From Octopus sinensis (taxonomy: Eukaryota), in assembly GCF_006345805.1 (NCBI RefSeq), contig NC_043010.1, positions 52,080,001 to 52,144,000 of the forward strand: a DNA stretch of 64,000 bases, read 5' to 3'. The translations under genes and the position numbers were made by a program. Shown piece after piece: positions 24,241 through 37,103 of the stretch (position 1 is its first letter; each line of letters opens with the position of its first letter). The notes beneath the pieces were generated by a model. That model did not search any database, was not told the origin of the DNA, and was given only the letters and a program-made list of their open reading frames with translations.

Positions 24241-24856
24241 AAGCATTAGTTTAGCTCAGAGCTACAGTAAAAACACTCGCCCAAGGTGCCAAGCAGTGAG
24301 ATTGAACTGAAAACCATATGATTTGCAAAGTGAGCTTTTTCACCACACAGCCATGCCTGCATCTATAGACATAATACAACAACTAAACCGACAGTATTCC
24401 ATTATAAATCTCGGAGAATATTTCTGTGCTGAGAACAGAAATAGGTCACACTAACGAAACTAATTAAGTGCAGGAAAAAAAGTCTTTTCTCAGTTATTTT
24501 ACAAATGCTATTAACTTACCACTGTCCTCCCTTAACAACAACACCAACAACAAAACATAAGAATGAACTCTTCTTACGTTGAACAAGCCAACACATTTGT
24601 AGAGGAGGGGTGAAATTGATTATATTGACCCCAATACAAAACTGGTATTTTAATAATCCTGAATTCATATAATCATCATTCAATGTCCCTTGCTACATGC
24701 AAGCATGAATTGGACAGTTCAACAGGAACAGAAGAGCTAAAGGACAGCGCCAAGCTCCAGAGTCTGCTTTGGTACAGTTTCTACAGCTCAATGCCCTTCC
24801 TAATGCCAACCACTTTACAGAGTGTAGTGGGTGCTTATTTTCATATAAATAATATG

Positions 24857-24902
<46 letters not shown>

Positions 24903-24992
24903 CACACACACAGGGGCCAACAATTTGTGAGAAAAAATATACATTCTCAAAAATTAATTTGCTAAGATATTATTAATTTTGTTATCATCTGT

Positions 24993-25515
24993 TAAGTAGC
25001 TTGCTTACCAACCACATGGTTCCGGGTTCAGTCCCACTGCATGGCACCTTGGGAAAGTGTTTTCTACTATAGCCTCGGGCCAACCAAAGCCTTGTGAGTG
25101 GATTTTGCAGATGGAAACTGAAAGAAGCCTGTTGTATATATATATATATATGAGAGCATTCTCTGCAGTAAATTCAAAACTACTATATTTCACAAATAAA
25201 ACTTAACCTAACAAACACATTATTTTATTGTTTTTACATTTATTGCCCCCTTTTGGCCACCTCATTATTGCCCTTCTTCAATGCACTCCTGGATCTTTCC
25301 ACTGCCTACTTTGGGTACTGTCTGCGTTCGTCCCACAACATTGCTTGACAACCGATGCTGGTGTGTTTATGTCCCTGTAATTTAGCAGTTCAGCAAAAAA
25401 GACCAATAGAATAAGTACTAGGCTTACAAAGAATAAGTCCTGGGGTCAATTTGCTCGACTAAAGGCGTCGCTCCAGCATGGCCACAGTTAAATGACTGAA
25501 ACAAGTAAAAGAGTA
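24993..25515 (+). mobile_element. Family A SINE split by an insertion at its microsatellite
   Basis: 5' half 24993-25150, 3' half ~25320-25515. Confidence 0.8.
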
Positions 25516-25682
25516 TGTGCGTGTGTGTGTGAGAGAGAGAGAGAGCCTGTTAAGAGAGAGTGAGTAATCTTCTGAGTTTTAAATTATTTACATAAGGTAA
25601 ATAAAATAAAATCTTTATCTTTTCTGTTCTTATATCCCACAAATACTATGTGCACTGTCTACAACTAATTATTACTAATTGT

Positions 25683-25883
25683 ATTCCCTCATATTAGAGT
25701 CACTGAAACTCAGTGAAGAAACGAAGGTTTGTGCACATTGTTGCTTCAGTGAGTCATCATCATCATCATCATCATCATCATCGTTTAACGTCCGTGATGA
25801 TGATGATGATGACTCACTGAAGCAACAATGTGCACAAACCTTCGTTTCTTCACTGAGTTTCAGTGACTCTAATATGAGGGAAT
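25683..25883. repeat. Perfect 89-bp inverted repeat with 23-nt spacer
   Basis: 25683-25771 is the exact reverse complement of 25795-25883. Confidence 0.97.
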
Positions 25884-25935
25884 TTGCAGATTTCAGGAGT
25901 GACTGTGTGACTGTGAAGCTTGCTTCCCAACCATG

Positions 25936-26302
25936 GCAGGAGTGGCTGTGTGGTAAGTAGCTTGCTTACCAACCACATGGTTCTGGGTTCAGTCCCACAG
26001 CATGGCACCTTGGGCAAGTGTCTTCTACTGTAGCCTTGTGAGTGGATTTGGTAGACGGAAACTGAAAGAAGCCCGTCATATATATGTATATATATATGTA
26101 TGTATGTATATATGTTAGTCCCCCCAACATCACTTGGCAACCAATGCTGGTGTGTTTAGATCCCTGTAACTTAGCGGTTTGGCAAAAGACACCGACAGAA
26201 TAAGTACTAGGCTTACAAAGAATAAGTCCTGGGGTCGATTTGCTCGACTAAAGGTGGTGCTCCAGCATGGCTGCAGTCAAATGACTGAAACAAGTAAAAG
26301 AG
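25936..26302 (+). mobile_element. Family A SINE
   Basis: Head GGCAGGAGTGGCTGTGTGGTAAG; tail GAAACAAGTAAAAGAG. Confidence 0.88.
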
Positions 26303-27374
26303 TACGTGACCTCAGGTTCAGTCCCACTGCACAGCACCTTGGGTAAATGTCCTCTGATATAAGCCCATGCCAACTAAAGCCTTAGTAGATGGAAACTGAC
26401 ACTCTGTGTGTGTGTGTGTGTGTATGAATGTATGTATTTTAAAGAGTAAAGGAGATACTTGGAAATTACTTTAGCCCCCCCAAGGGCTCAAATTTGAGGG
26501 ATGGCTACAGTCAGTCATAGAGACTCCAGAAAGATGAAAAGCAAAGTTTAAACCCAGCAAAGATGTAGATTCAGAACACAAAGGGTCTACTACTGCTACT
26601 GACACTGCTTGCTGTGATTAATGCTGTCACTATTGCAACACTGCTATTGTTGCAATTGTCATGGCAGCAGTTGATATAGTGGCAGGAATTTAAAAAAAAT
26701 TTTTTTTTTCTTCCAGTTCCCGTTGCTGCTGTTATTTCTACTACTGCTGTCATTGCAGCAAAATTTACTTATTAAATAATAATCTCCTAATCCTCAACAA
26801 ACCTCTGTACTAATTTTTTAAAATTAAATGGTATATGTAAGCATATCAACTTCTTAATTTCTATTACTAAAGTTATAAACACAATCATTTATATTTACCC
26901 CTTGTATTACTATATACTTCTGTTGAATTAAACTACTTTATATTTCAATTAATTTTGAAAGTAACAAGAATTTAATAAAAATATCTTTATCATTCTTAAG
27001 CTGGGGCTTAATAAATTAATATTAAATTTTGATGGAAGGTTTTAATTTTGAGCTCTTTTAAAATAAAGTTGAGCCATAGAATTAAGAACAGTCTCAAGGT
27101 TGGTATCAAAAGGGTTAATACAAAAACATTTGGCAGTGAGTTGGTAGAATCATTAACATGCTGGATAAAATGCCTAGTGGTATTTCTTCCAATTTTTCAC
27201 ACTGAGAGTTCAAATACTGCCAAGATTGACTTTGCTTTACATCCTTCAAAGGGTCAATAAAAAATACTAGTTCAGTACTAAGGTTGATGTAATCAACAAA
27301 CCCCACTACTTGCCTTTGAAATTGCTGGCCTTGTGCAAAAATTTGAAACCTTCATTATTGATTTCTTTCAACAA

Positions 27375-27752
27375 GGTGTAGGAGTGGCTGTGTGGTAAGT
27401 AGCTTGCTTACCAACCACATGGTTCTGGGTTCAGTCCCACTGCATGGCACCTTGGGCAAGTGTCTTCTACCAAACAAAGTGTCCTCAGGCTGACCAAAGC
27501 CTTGTGAGTGGATTAGGTAGATGGAAACTGAAAGAAGCCCATCCTTTATATATATGTGTGCGTGTGTGTCTATGTATATACTTGTCTCCCCGACATTGCT
27601 TGACAGCCGATGCTGGTGTCTTTATGTCCCTGTAACTTAGCAGTTTGGCAAGAGACCGATAGAATAAGTACTAGGCTTACAAAGAATAAGTCCTAGGGTT
27701 GATTTGCTCGATTGCATGGCCACAGTCAAATGACTGAAACAAATAAAAAAAT
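27375..27752 (+). mobile_element. Family A SINE
   Basis: Family head, core and tail. Confidence 0.86.
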
Positions 27753-27960
27753 AAGGAACCAGATAAGCGACACAGAGGGCGAAAGAGCAGTCCCTACAAA
27801 TTAATCTAGTATCTTACTGATACTTTTTGTCATTTTTGTCTACCATACAGGAAAGAAGAGTGAAATTCTATGAACACTTGCTTTCATAGCAAGGATGAAA
27901 TAGTAAAATGTTGATATGAGAACCAACACACACACAAAGCGAGCCATCAAATGCAATATT

Positions 27961-28172
27961 AGGGGCTTCTGAAAAGTTCCTGGCTTTGGGTAAAAAAAAA
28001 ATATAGGAGGATCAGTTAATTATGATTTTATTCAACATATTCCCCCCAGATTCACGCACTTTTTACAGTGGTCCTTCAGTTTTTCTAAGCCCAGTGAAAG
28101 AGATCAGAAGGTTGGGCCTTCAATCAGGACTTTCACGATACTCTTAAGCCAAGAACTTTTCAGCACCCCCTC
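27961..28172. mobile_element. Mariner-type MITE
   Basis: TIRs AGGGGCTTCTGAAAAGTTCCTGGCTT / AAGCCAAGAACTTTTCAGCACCCCCT. Confidence 0.72.
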
Positions 28173-28245
28173 ACACAGGAGAAGGAATTCTGGAGACAAG
28201 TGGTTGATGGTGTTCTTCTGCAGATGACCCAGTAGGTAGGTATTT

Positions 28246-28400
28246 GGATCTTTACCTTTTGATCAGCAGATTTAGAAAATAATTTTTTGTAATTAAACAC
28301 TTTCAAACTTCGTATACTAGTATAATGTGTCATATAAAACATTTTTTACTCTTAGCATTTTTGAGAAAAGTTTATATTTACGAAGTTATTTCATGTTAAA
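28246..28400 (+). mobile_element. One arm of the fold-back GG-terminated MITE
   Basis: Homologous to 39206-39360; truncated by an RTE fragment. Confidence 0.8.
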
Positions 28401-28950
28401 GACCCAGGAAAACATGGGATGAGGTGGTGAAGCATGACCTTTGAACACTGGGCCTCACAAAGGTAATGACAAGCGACCAAGACTTTTGGAGATATGCTGT
28501 GCTTGAGAAGACCTGGCAAGCCAAGTGAGATTCTAGTTGTGGCCAATACCAGTGTTGCATAACTGGCCCATTTAAAAGCACCCTTCAATCATTGGGCAAT
28601 ATGCCATGCTTGTAAAGACTTATTAAACTGAGTGACATCATAGTTGTGACCAATACCTGTGCCAGTGGCAAGTAAAAAGCACCATTCGAACGTGACTGAT
28701 GCCAGTGCCACCTGACTGGTATGTAAAAAGTACCATTCAAGCATGGCTAATGCCTGTGCCACCCGATTGGCACATAAAAAGCACCCACTACACTCTCGGA
28801 GTGGTTGGCATTAGGAAAGGCATCCAGCTGTAGAAATCTTGCCAAATAAGATTGGAGCCTGGTGCAGCCTCCTGGCTTGCCAGTTCTCAGTCAAACTGTC
28901 CAACTCATGCCAGCAATGGAAAGTGGTTGTTAAATGATGATGATGATGGT
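28401..28950 (+). mobile_element. RTE LINE 3' end
   Basis: RPRKTWDEVVKHDL peptide, 3'UTR modules, (GAT)n. Confidence 0.85.
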
Positions 28951-29324
28951 GGTGGTGGTGGTGGTGGAGATACAAGCTTCTTTCAATTTCCATCTATCCA
29001 ATTCACTCACAAATCTTCAGTTAACTTGGGGCTAGAGTAGAAGACATCTGCATAAAGTGCTGTACAGAGGGGCTGGACCTGAGATCACAGTTGAAATGTA
29101 AACTTCTTAACCACACAGCCATACCTGCACCTTCGCCTACATTTAAATTTTTAACTACTTGTTGACAAAGTCTCTAAAAATCCCTATAAGGAGTGCAAAA
29201 AAAATGTCTAAGCCCAAAAGTAATTTAATACCAATTTATCACCCACATTTCTGAAAATCAGTAGTTATGTAGCCCCTCCATAACAAGAACCTGTTTTTCC
29301 CCTTTCTCATATTTTTTTGGGGGT

Positions 29325-29531
29325 TTCTTTATTACCCACAAGGGGCTAAACATAGAGGGGAAGGGGACAAACAAGGACAGACAAAGGGATTAAGTCAATT
29401 ACATCGACCCCAGTGCGTAACTGGTACTTAATTTATCGACCCCGAAAGGATTGAAGGCAAAGTCAACCTCAGTGGAATTTGAACTCAGAACGTAACAGCA
29501 GACGAAATATGGCTACGCATTTCACCCGGCG
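29325..29531 (-). mobile_element. Family B SINE with disrupted head
   Basis: Body to 29531; head remnant GCCAGCTCACC at ~29657. Confidence 0.82.
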
Positions 29532-30079
29532 TAGCCATATTTTTTTGTGCAGGAGTTCCTAGAGACATGTAATTTATTTTAAGGGTTGCGCAAGGATAAA
29601 AAGGTTGAGAAACACTGGGTTAGAGTGTTGCACTCAGATCATAAGGTTGTATTTTAGCCAGCTCACCCTTTGGGGTTTATAGTCTTGTAAGCTGGATGGC
29701 AACATCACTAGTGCTGGTGGTATGAAAAAAAAGCACCTAGTACATGCTGTAAAGTGGTTGATATTATGAAGGGCATCCAACTGTAGAAACCGTGCCTACA
29801 GCAGGCACGATGTGGTCCTTGGATCTACTGGATCCTATCAAATTATCCCAACATATATCAGCATGAAAATAGACATTAAACGATGATGACAATGCTTTAC
29901 ATACATAAATACATAATTATATATATACAAAATTTAGAGGACTGACCACTGTCCACTTTTAGTGGTCAGTCCTCTAAATTTTGTATGTAAAAAAATTTTT
30001 AATCTTAGGATTTTTTAAAAATATGCTAGGCCACTGGTTTTAATTGATTAATATCAATTTCTACCCTTATTTAATTTTT

Positions 30080-30460
30080 GAGGAGACCTATTGAGTCAAC
30101 TACATCAAAATAAATATCAAATGGAAATTGTAGTTGTGATACTTGTGCCAGTGGCACGTAAAAAGCACCATCCGAACGTGGCCGATGCCAGCGCCACCTT
30201 GACTGGCTTCTGTGCTGGTGGCACGTAAAAGGCACCAACCGATCGTGGCTGCTGCCAGCCTCCCCAGGCACCTGTGCTGGTGGCACGTAAAAAGCACCCA
30301 CTACACTCACGGAGTGGTTGGCATTAGGAAGGGCATCCAGCTGTAGAAACACTGCCAGATCAGACTGGAGCCTGGTGCAGCCTTCTGCCTTCCCAGACCC
30401 TGGTCGAACCGTTCAACCTGTGCTAGCATGGAAAACGGATGTTAAACGATGATGATGATA
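30080..30460 (+). mobile_element. RTE LINE 3'UTR
   Basis: Three GGCACGTAAAA(A/G)GCACC modules; tail GTTAAACGATGATGATG. Confidence 0.85.
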
Positions 30461-30961
30461 CTACAGAAGAGGGACATTCAGAAGTTAGTTTAAATAAGTA
30501 TCTGATTAATTTTGAGCTAGATATAGGATTGAGTTAGAGTGTTGAATAAGTTCTATAGAGTTTTGAATCCAGGGGGTGCTGGGTGGACAATACAAGTAGT
30601 AAACAGGAAAAATATATAGTAAAAGAGGATTAAAGATGGAGACTAATTAGTGAGAATACGAGTGTTTAGTAAATATGGATCAGATTATAAATAAGGTGAA
30701 GGTTCTAGAAGTAGTTAAAATGGTTGTAACTAGAGATTTCTCCAGCTGTAAAAAAAAAGGCAAGATTAAATGGCAGTACAGCATGTTAAAGGTGGTACGG
30801 TCTTGTGTCAATTAAATAAAATACTCTTGTTAACAAAAGCATGAGATTATGTTCGTATCTGTTAATAGTTATATGAATAGTGATAATATGTTAGAGATAT
30901 ATGAGGGGTATTTCAAGGTCATACAATGATTATGCAAAGGATTGTGGCCAAGTGGTTAGAG

Positions 30962-31383
30962 GAGCGTTTCTTAACCAGGGTTCCGTAAAAGGTTCCTAGG
31001 GGTTCCACGAGAAAGAGTTATCGAAAAAATATTACAACCATATAAAATATATATATATATAATTATTAATATTAGGGAATTTATTTCTGAGTCCACAGGG
31101 GAGAGAAATTCAATTAAGTGGTACTAAAACGAATTTTTCCACTGTATTTATTATATATATAGGTTTAAGACTAGAAGATTGGCAATGTAGTGGATCGATA
31201 TAGTATTGAATTTCGAAACCTATATTAGCAATATCGATAGTTATAGTCATGAAACGCGCATAGTCTATCTAATGTATATGATTCAGAATAGTAATTGTAG
31301 ATATTTAGTCTTAGATACCTCTTTCATAGATAACGTTGTTCAAAGTTGATTGAGTTGATGACGGTGGTTCTGTCTCTTAAACC

Positions 31384-31416
<33 letters not shown>

Positions 31417-31629
31417 GGCGATGAGCTGGCAGAAGCGTTAGCATGCCGGGCGAAATGCGTAGCCGTATTTCATCAGCTGTTACATTCTGAGTTCAAATTC
31501 CCCCACGGTCGACTTTGCCTTTCAACCTTTTGAGGTCGATAAATTAAGTACCAGTTACGCACTGGGGTCGATATAATTGACTTAATCCATTTGTCTGTCC
31601 TTGTTTGTCCCCTTGTTTGAGAAACACTG
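30962..31629. mobile_element. hAT-like MITE with nested Penelope-like remnant and family B SINE (31417-31615), inserted in a SINE head
   Basis: GGTTAGAG direct repeats at both ends; termini GAGCGTTTCTTAAC / TTGAGAAACACTG. Confidence 0.62.
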
Positions 31630-31809
31630 GGTTAGAGTGTTGCACTCAGATCGTAAGGTTGTCTTTTTAATTCCTGGATTAGACAGCACAGTGTATACTT
31701 GAGCAAAACACTTCATTTCATGTTGCTCCAGTCCACTCATTCAGAAATGGGTAATCCTGTGGTAGACTGGAGCAAGATACTTCATAGCTCGAACACCTTT
31801 GATCATAGG

Positions 31810-32330
31810 TTTGATTGATCAAGACTGACCTTGATTGGAACTAAGCAACAAGTGCAGGGAATTCCAGAGGGCCAACATTTTGAGAGAAGGACAAGGTGTT
31901 GTGTATAGCATAGTATGAAACCTGAGTTGGGATGGTGTGGGGGATGCAGTACAAGTGATAAGAGAAATTTAGCACTTGGGAATTCTGCTGAGCCAACAGA
32001 ACACCAACAGCAATGAATCCATACCATGAAGGCATCAGCTGAGGTCATGCGCAGTAGGTTACACTATGATCAACACCTAGCCGGGGACTAAAATAGGAGT
32101 TCAAAGACCAGCTGAAGATCGCTTTGATAAAAAGTAACATCAACCCTTTAGCAATCTCACTACTGATGGATGATTGAAAATACGGAGGACAAGTGTACTC
32201 AGCCCTGCCAAAAGAAGCAAGGAAAATATGCAAGTAGAGTAATATAGGCTGTCTGTCACCAAAGCTACATATTAAGGGTTGGAATGTGCAAGTAGGTAAA
32301 GAACCACAAATGCAAAAAGATGGGGATCAT
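31810..32330 (+). mobile_element. Old RTE-type LINE C-terminal fossil
   Basis: Degenerate L.WCG...FKDQLKIALIKSNINP peptide. Confidence 0.55.
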
Positions 32331-32384
32331 CAGATTTGATGGACAGCAAAAAAGAGGTAAGCAAAAGAGAAGTTCTTTACTCTT

Positions 32385-32702
32385 ACCCTTTACTTGTTTC
32401 AGTCATGTGACTGTGGCCATGCTGGAGCACCGCCTTTAGTCGAGGAAATCGACCCCAGGACTTATTCTTTGTAGTCCAAGTACTTATTCTATCGGTCACT
32501 TTTGATGAACCGCTAAGTTACGGGGACGTAAACACACCAGCATCGGTTGTCAAGCGATGTTGGGGGGACAAACATAGACAGACGAGCATATACATACATA
32601 TATATATATATATATATGACAGGCTTCTTTCAGTTTCCATCTACCAAATCCACTCATAAGGCTTTGGTCAGCCCAAGGCTACAGGAGAAGACACTTGCTC
32701 AA
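32385..32702 (-). mobile_element. Family A SINE (5'-truncated)
   Basis: Family tail and core on minus strand. Confidence 0.86.
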
Positions 32703-32850
32703 GTTAATTAAATATGCCTTTCGTTGTCTCATTAACCCTTTTGATACTAATCTGCCCTTGTTTTAGGTAGCTATGCATGTACATCACACAGTGTCAAGAC
32801 AAGGAGACACAAACACATGACAGGCTTCTTTCAGTTTCCATACTCTAAAT

Positions 32851-33051
32851 CAGTGGTTTTCAACCAGAGTTCCGCCAGTACAGTCCAGGGGTTCCGCAAG
32901 AAGTTACAAAAATGCTAAAATCGACAGTAATTTTTAATTCTCCTGTGCAGATATGTGTGCATAAGACAATTAAATTATTGCACAGGGGTTCCTCGAGCCA
33001 GTGAAATGTTTTCTTGGGGTTCCGCTCCAGCAAAAAGGTTGAAAAACACTG
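32851..33051. mobile_element. hAT-like MITE inserted in a family A SINE
   Basis: TIR CAGTGGTTTTCAACC / GGTTGAAAAACACTG; exact 8-bp TSD CTCTAAAT. Confidence 0.88.
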
Positions 33052-33537
33052 CTCTAAATTCACTCACAAGCCTTTGGTCAGCCCGAGATTACAGCAGAAG
33101 GCACTTGCTCAAGGCGCCATGCAACAGAACTGAACACAGAACCTTGTGGTTGGAAGCAAATTTCTTACCACACTGCTACGTCTGTTTGTGTGCCAAATAA
33201 GAGTTTAGTTAGATATTACCGTGTATTAATGGATTTTCAGTGAATAATAATATACACACATAGAGCTTACATGCAAACCTTTTATGCATTATATATGAAA
33301 ACAAGATTCTTCCATTGTAGCCTATTCCTGAATGTTTTGTGTATAATATTCATGCAACCATTCTGCTCTCAGAAAATCGCTGTGCATTTTCAAACACAAG
33401 CAAACATCATACATGGGTATTAATCTTTATTCAGACACACGCATTCATTTCAAGCTGCAGAAAAGGCCACCAGCTACAATAAACCTTAAGAGGATTTACA
33501 AGGTAGTCGATGTAATAATTGTTATTTTCTAATAGAA

Positions 33538-33751
33538 GGCGGCGAGCTGGCAGAAACGTTAGCACGCCGGCCGAAATGCTTAGCGGTATTTCGTCTGCCG
33601 CTACGTTCTGAGTTCAAATTCCGCCGAAGTCGACTTTGCCTTTCATCCTTTCGGGGTCGATAAATAAAGTACCAGTTTCGCACTGGGTCGATATAATCGA
33701 CTTAATCCGTTTGTCTGTCCTTGTTTGTCCCCTTGTGGGTAGTAAAGAAAT
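33538..33751 (+). mobile_element. Family B SINE, young and CpG-rich
   Basis: Near-consensus head and core. Confidence 0.9.
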
Positions 33752-33849
33752 ATATTTTCTAATTTTAAAGGACAAAAGAAAAAATATAACGAAGCAATTG
33801 GTGTGAAAACAATGCAGTAGAAATGTGGAATTCTCACACATTCTCTTTC

Positions 33850-34603
33850 AAACGATAGTCTCTCTCTCTCTCTCTCACTGAGTTTCCAAGGTAAGCAACA
33901 TAACGCCAGGTAAGACGGTTTCTAAATGTAATTTCTTACGCACAAGGTCTCAAAAGGATAACCCCAGACTTTTTTCTAAATGCCAATTTTTTTTTTTAAT
34001 CGAAACTACCACTCACCCGAAAATAAAGCAAAATTAAATGACTGTCAGTAGAACACGGAGATTGCAGCACGGATTTTTGTCAGTGAACAAACAAGTCGCG
34101 GTCTTATCGCGACGAAAATATTTTTGACAAATTAAACTTAAATGTTGAAGTGAATCGAACGGCTTTTGTGTGTTTCTTAAATGGCTTAACAAAACACCTT
34201 CCACGCTGCAATTGTTTTCGTTCCAGCACACGATCTCAGATCAAATCACTTGCTATGCAAGTACATCCCAGTCAGTAGAACACTGTTCTAACAATACTTT
34301 ACAATAAGCATTTCGTTCCATTCTCATACCTTCAGAATTGAAATCTTGAGGGGCGACTTTCATCTTCACAGATTTTCCAGAATCGATTCGACCCACTGAA
34401 ATACCCGTTTCTCTACGAATATCGACTTTATGCGTAAAGAAGAGAGAAGAAAAAATACCAAGATACAAAGGAATCAACACACAATTTATACACGACTACA
34501 GAGAAGGAGAGTGAGTGAGAGAGAGAGACTCGGGTAGCTATGCATGTATATACGTAAACTTGTCCAACGTGACCAAGTTATTAAACACCATAACAAAAGA
34601 GCA

Positions 34604-34647
<44 letters not shown>

Positions 34648-35178
34648 TATATATAATATATATGTGTGTGTGTGTGAGTGAGTGTCTGTTGTTGGTTTAG
34701 CATGTAGACGAGCACACAAAAGGTAAAAAAAAAAAAGGAGAAGAGGATGGGGGGGAGATGGAGAAACAAACATTTAAAAGGAAACATGTATATATATATA
34801 TATAAACAGGAGAGAGAGAGAGAGAAAGGGGGCAGATATTAATAGAATGGGAATAGATGAGAAATGAATGAATGAACGAGGTCACATCCACATTATTTAT
34901 AAACATTTCCCCTATGAGTTTATGCAAGGGTGCGTGCGCGCACATATATATATATATATATATATATAGCATATATATATATATATATATATGTTTATAT
35001 TTATGAGTTGAAGCTTCTTGCACACATATCCGTTCTTTCAAATTCAAAACTCGGAGTTGATACATTCTTTTGTTTATTTCTGAGATACTGACCATAGCGC
35101 CATCACTTTCTTAGTTGTAGATAATTACCTCAATTACACGAATTAAAGAAAATATTCTCACGGTTTCATATGCATCTG

Positions 35179-35214
<36 letters not shown>

Positions 35215-35243
35215 CCATATATATAAACATATGCATGCCTGTG

Positions 35244-35285
<42 letters not shown>

Positions 35286-36136
35286 GAGATATTTCAGAAC
35301 ACAAATTTGTTTAGACGAATATGTATGTGTATATATAAAACAAGTTTTTTCAGCAACAAGCACAGTATCAGCAATAATAATAAATATGCAAAATATAATT
35401 AAAAATAAAGCCAAGAAAATAATTAACAATCCAAGATACCACCACTCACCCGAGTTTAAATGGCGTCAAGGGAGCTTTGAGAGTGTCTAATTTTGGTCGA
35501 TACACAAATTAAAAAACAAAACGTATATGTTTGTGCGTGTGTGTGTAAATATATATATATATATGTGTGTATCTGTGCATATATATATATATATAGGTAT
35601 ATATATATATAATATATATATAGGAGATAGATGATACGGAGCTTAGATCCTCTGGTGAAGTCGATAAAACTGTATCGTAACCTTTTTGTTTTGTTGATTA
35701 GCAACAGGCAAGATACTTCACGTGAAGTCTTGTGAATGCGTTTTATATAAAAAAATATCTCTCTGTAAACATAATTATATTATTATTATTATATATACGA
35801 ACGACATGTTTGTTTGTTTGGGGGTTTAAAACGTGCATGAAAAAGAAGCATTAAATTTCTCGACGATATATACCCTTGTCGACAGAAATATGTGTTTGTT
35901 TTATATATGTATGTATATATATATATATATGTATGTAGTCAGTGGATCATGTATATAGATCGCCTATATATATATATATACATATGCATATGTGTGTGCG
36001 TGTGTAGAGCTCATTGTTTTGGTAGAGACGAGCAAGAAGCCATTGCTGTACGTCAGCCTAAACACTTGGCGATGTGTTAATGAGAAGAAAACAAATCACC
36101 ATAACACCATCACACACGAGTGTGTTGTGTGTTTGT

Positions 36137-36167
<31 letters not shown>

Positions 36168-36900
36168 GTCCTTGCATATGATCGTATCATACATAGACAG
36201 AAAATAAATAAATAAATAGATAGATAGATAAATAAATAACGGGGTAAATAAAGGCACTGGGTGTGGGTGCTATAATCAAAAGCAATGCAACTTTATAAAT
36301 ATAAATATATAGAATAAAAATAATAATAATAATAAACAAAGGCCATATACAAAGGCGTAAAAAACCATAAATATTACACCACACACAGCACATAGAAAGA
36401 ATCACAAAATCCAAGCAGAAAGAGCAATGAACAGAATATTATTTCTGAGCCAAAATATTTCACTGTCTCCTCTGAGGATACATACATGCACATATATAAG
36501 AAAAAATTAATTGTAATCATAGAAAATATCGTATCAAGTTATGTATATATGTATATATATATATATATATATATCTATACTTACCACATAAGATGTGTGT
36601 ATATGCAGCTATAATAACATATAAATAGAATATATATATGCTTATTATACATATATTTATTTATATACATATATAAGTATATACATATGTGTGTGTGTGT
36701 AGAAATATATAGTGTATATATATTGTAAACACTGGATAAAATTGAGTAAAGTATTTGCAGACCCAAAGAAATCTGTAACAGAATAAAAACAACACGGAGA
36801 GAGAGAGCGGCGTGACGTCACCATAACAATAAAAGCATCATGGGAAAATTTTCAAAGCCCAACAACCAGCACCACCACCCCCTCCTTTCCTTGCCCGACG
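33850..36900 (-). promoter_or_regulatory. Probable promoter / alternative first-exon region
   Basis: SINE-free and CpG-retaining. CRE GTGACGTCAC at 36812-36821, palindromic E-box at 35715-35728, minus-strand donors CGG|GTGAGT at 34017 and 35450. Confidence 0.5.
34330..34425 (-). CDS. Candidate 96-nt exon with possible start codon (ATG at 34363; MKVAPQDFNSE)
   Basis: Long polypyrimidine tract ...cataaag|, open frame DIRRETGISVGRIDSGKSVKMKVAPQDFNSE, and GAAG|gtatga donor. Confidence 0.5.
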
Positions 36901-37055
36901 CCTCCACCACATTTAGTTTTTGATTCGTTTTGTTTGTTTTTTAAACTCTAATTCTTATTTTTTGATCCCTTGTTTTGTGTTCCAAAAAAAAATTATTGAA
37001 AATATTAAAAAAAAAAATTTTTTTTTTAATAATTATTTTAAATAAACATCTCTAT

Positions 37056-37103
<48 letters not shown>

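Noticed and set aside
24520-24530. Possible 11-nt minus-strand microexon (ttaag|GGAGGACAGTG|gtaagt)
   Set aside because: Good donor but weak acceptor; unsupported without RNA data.
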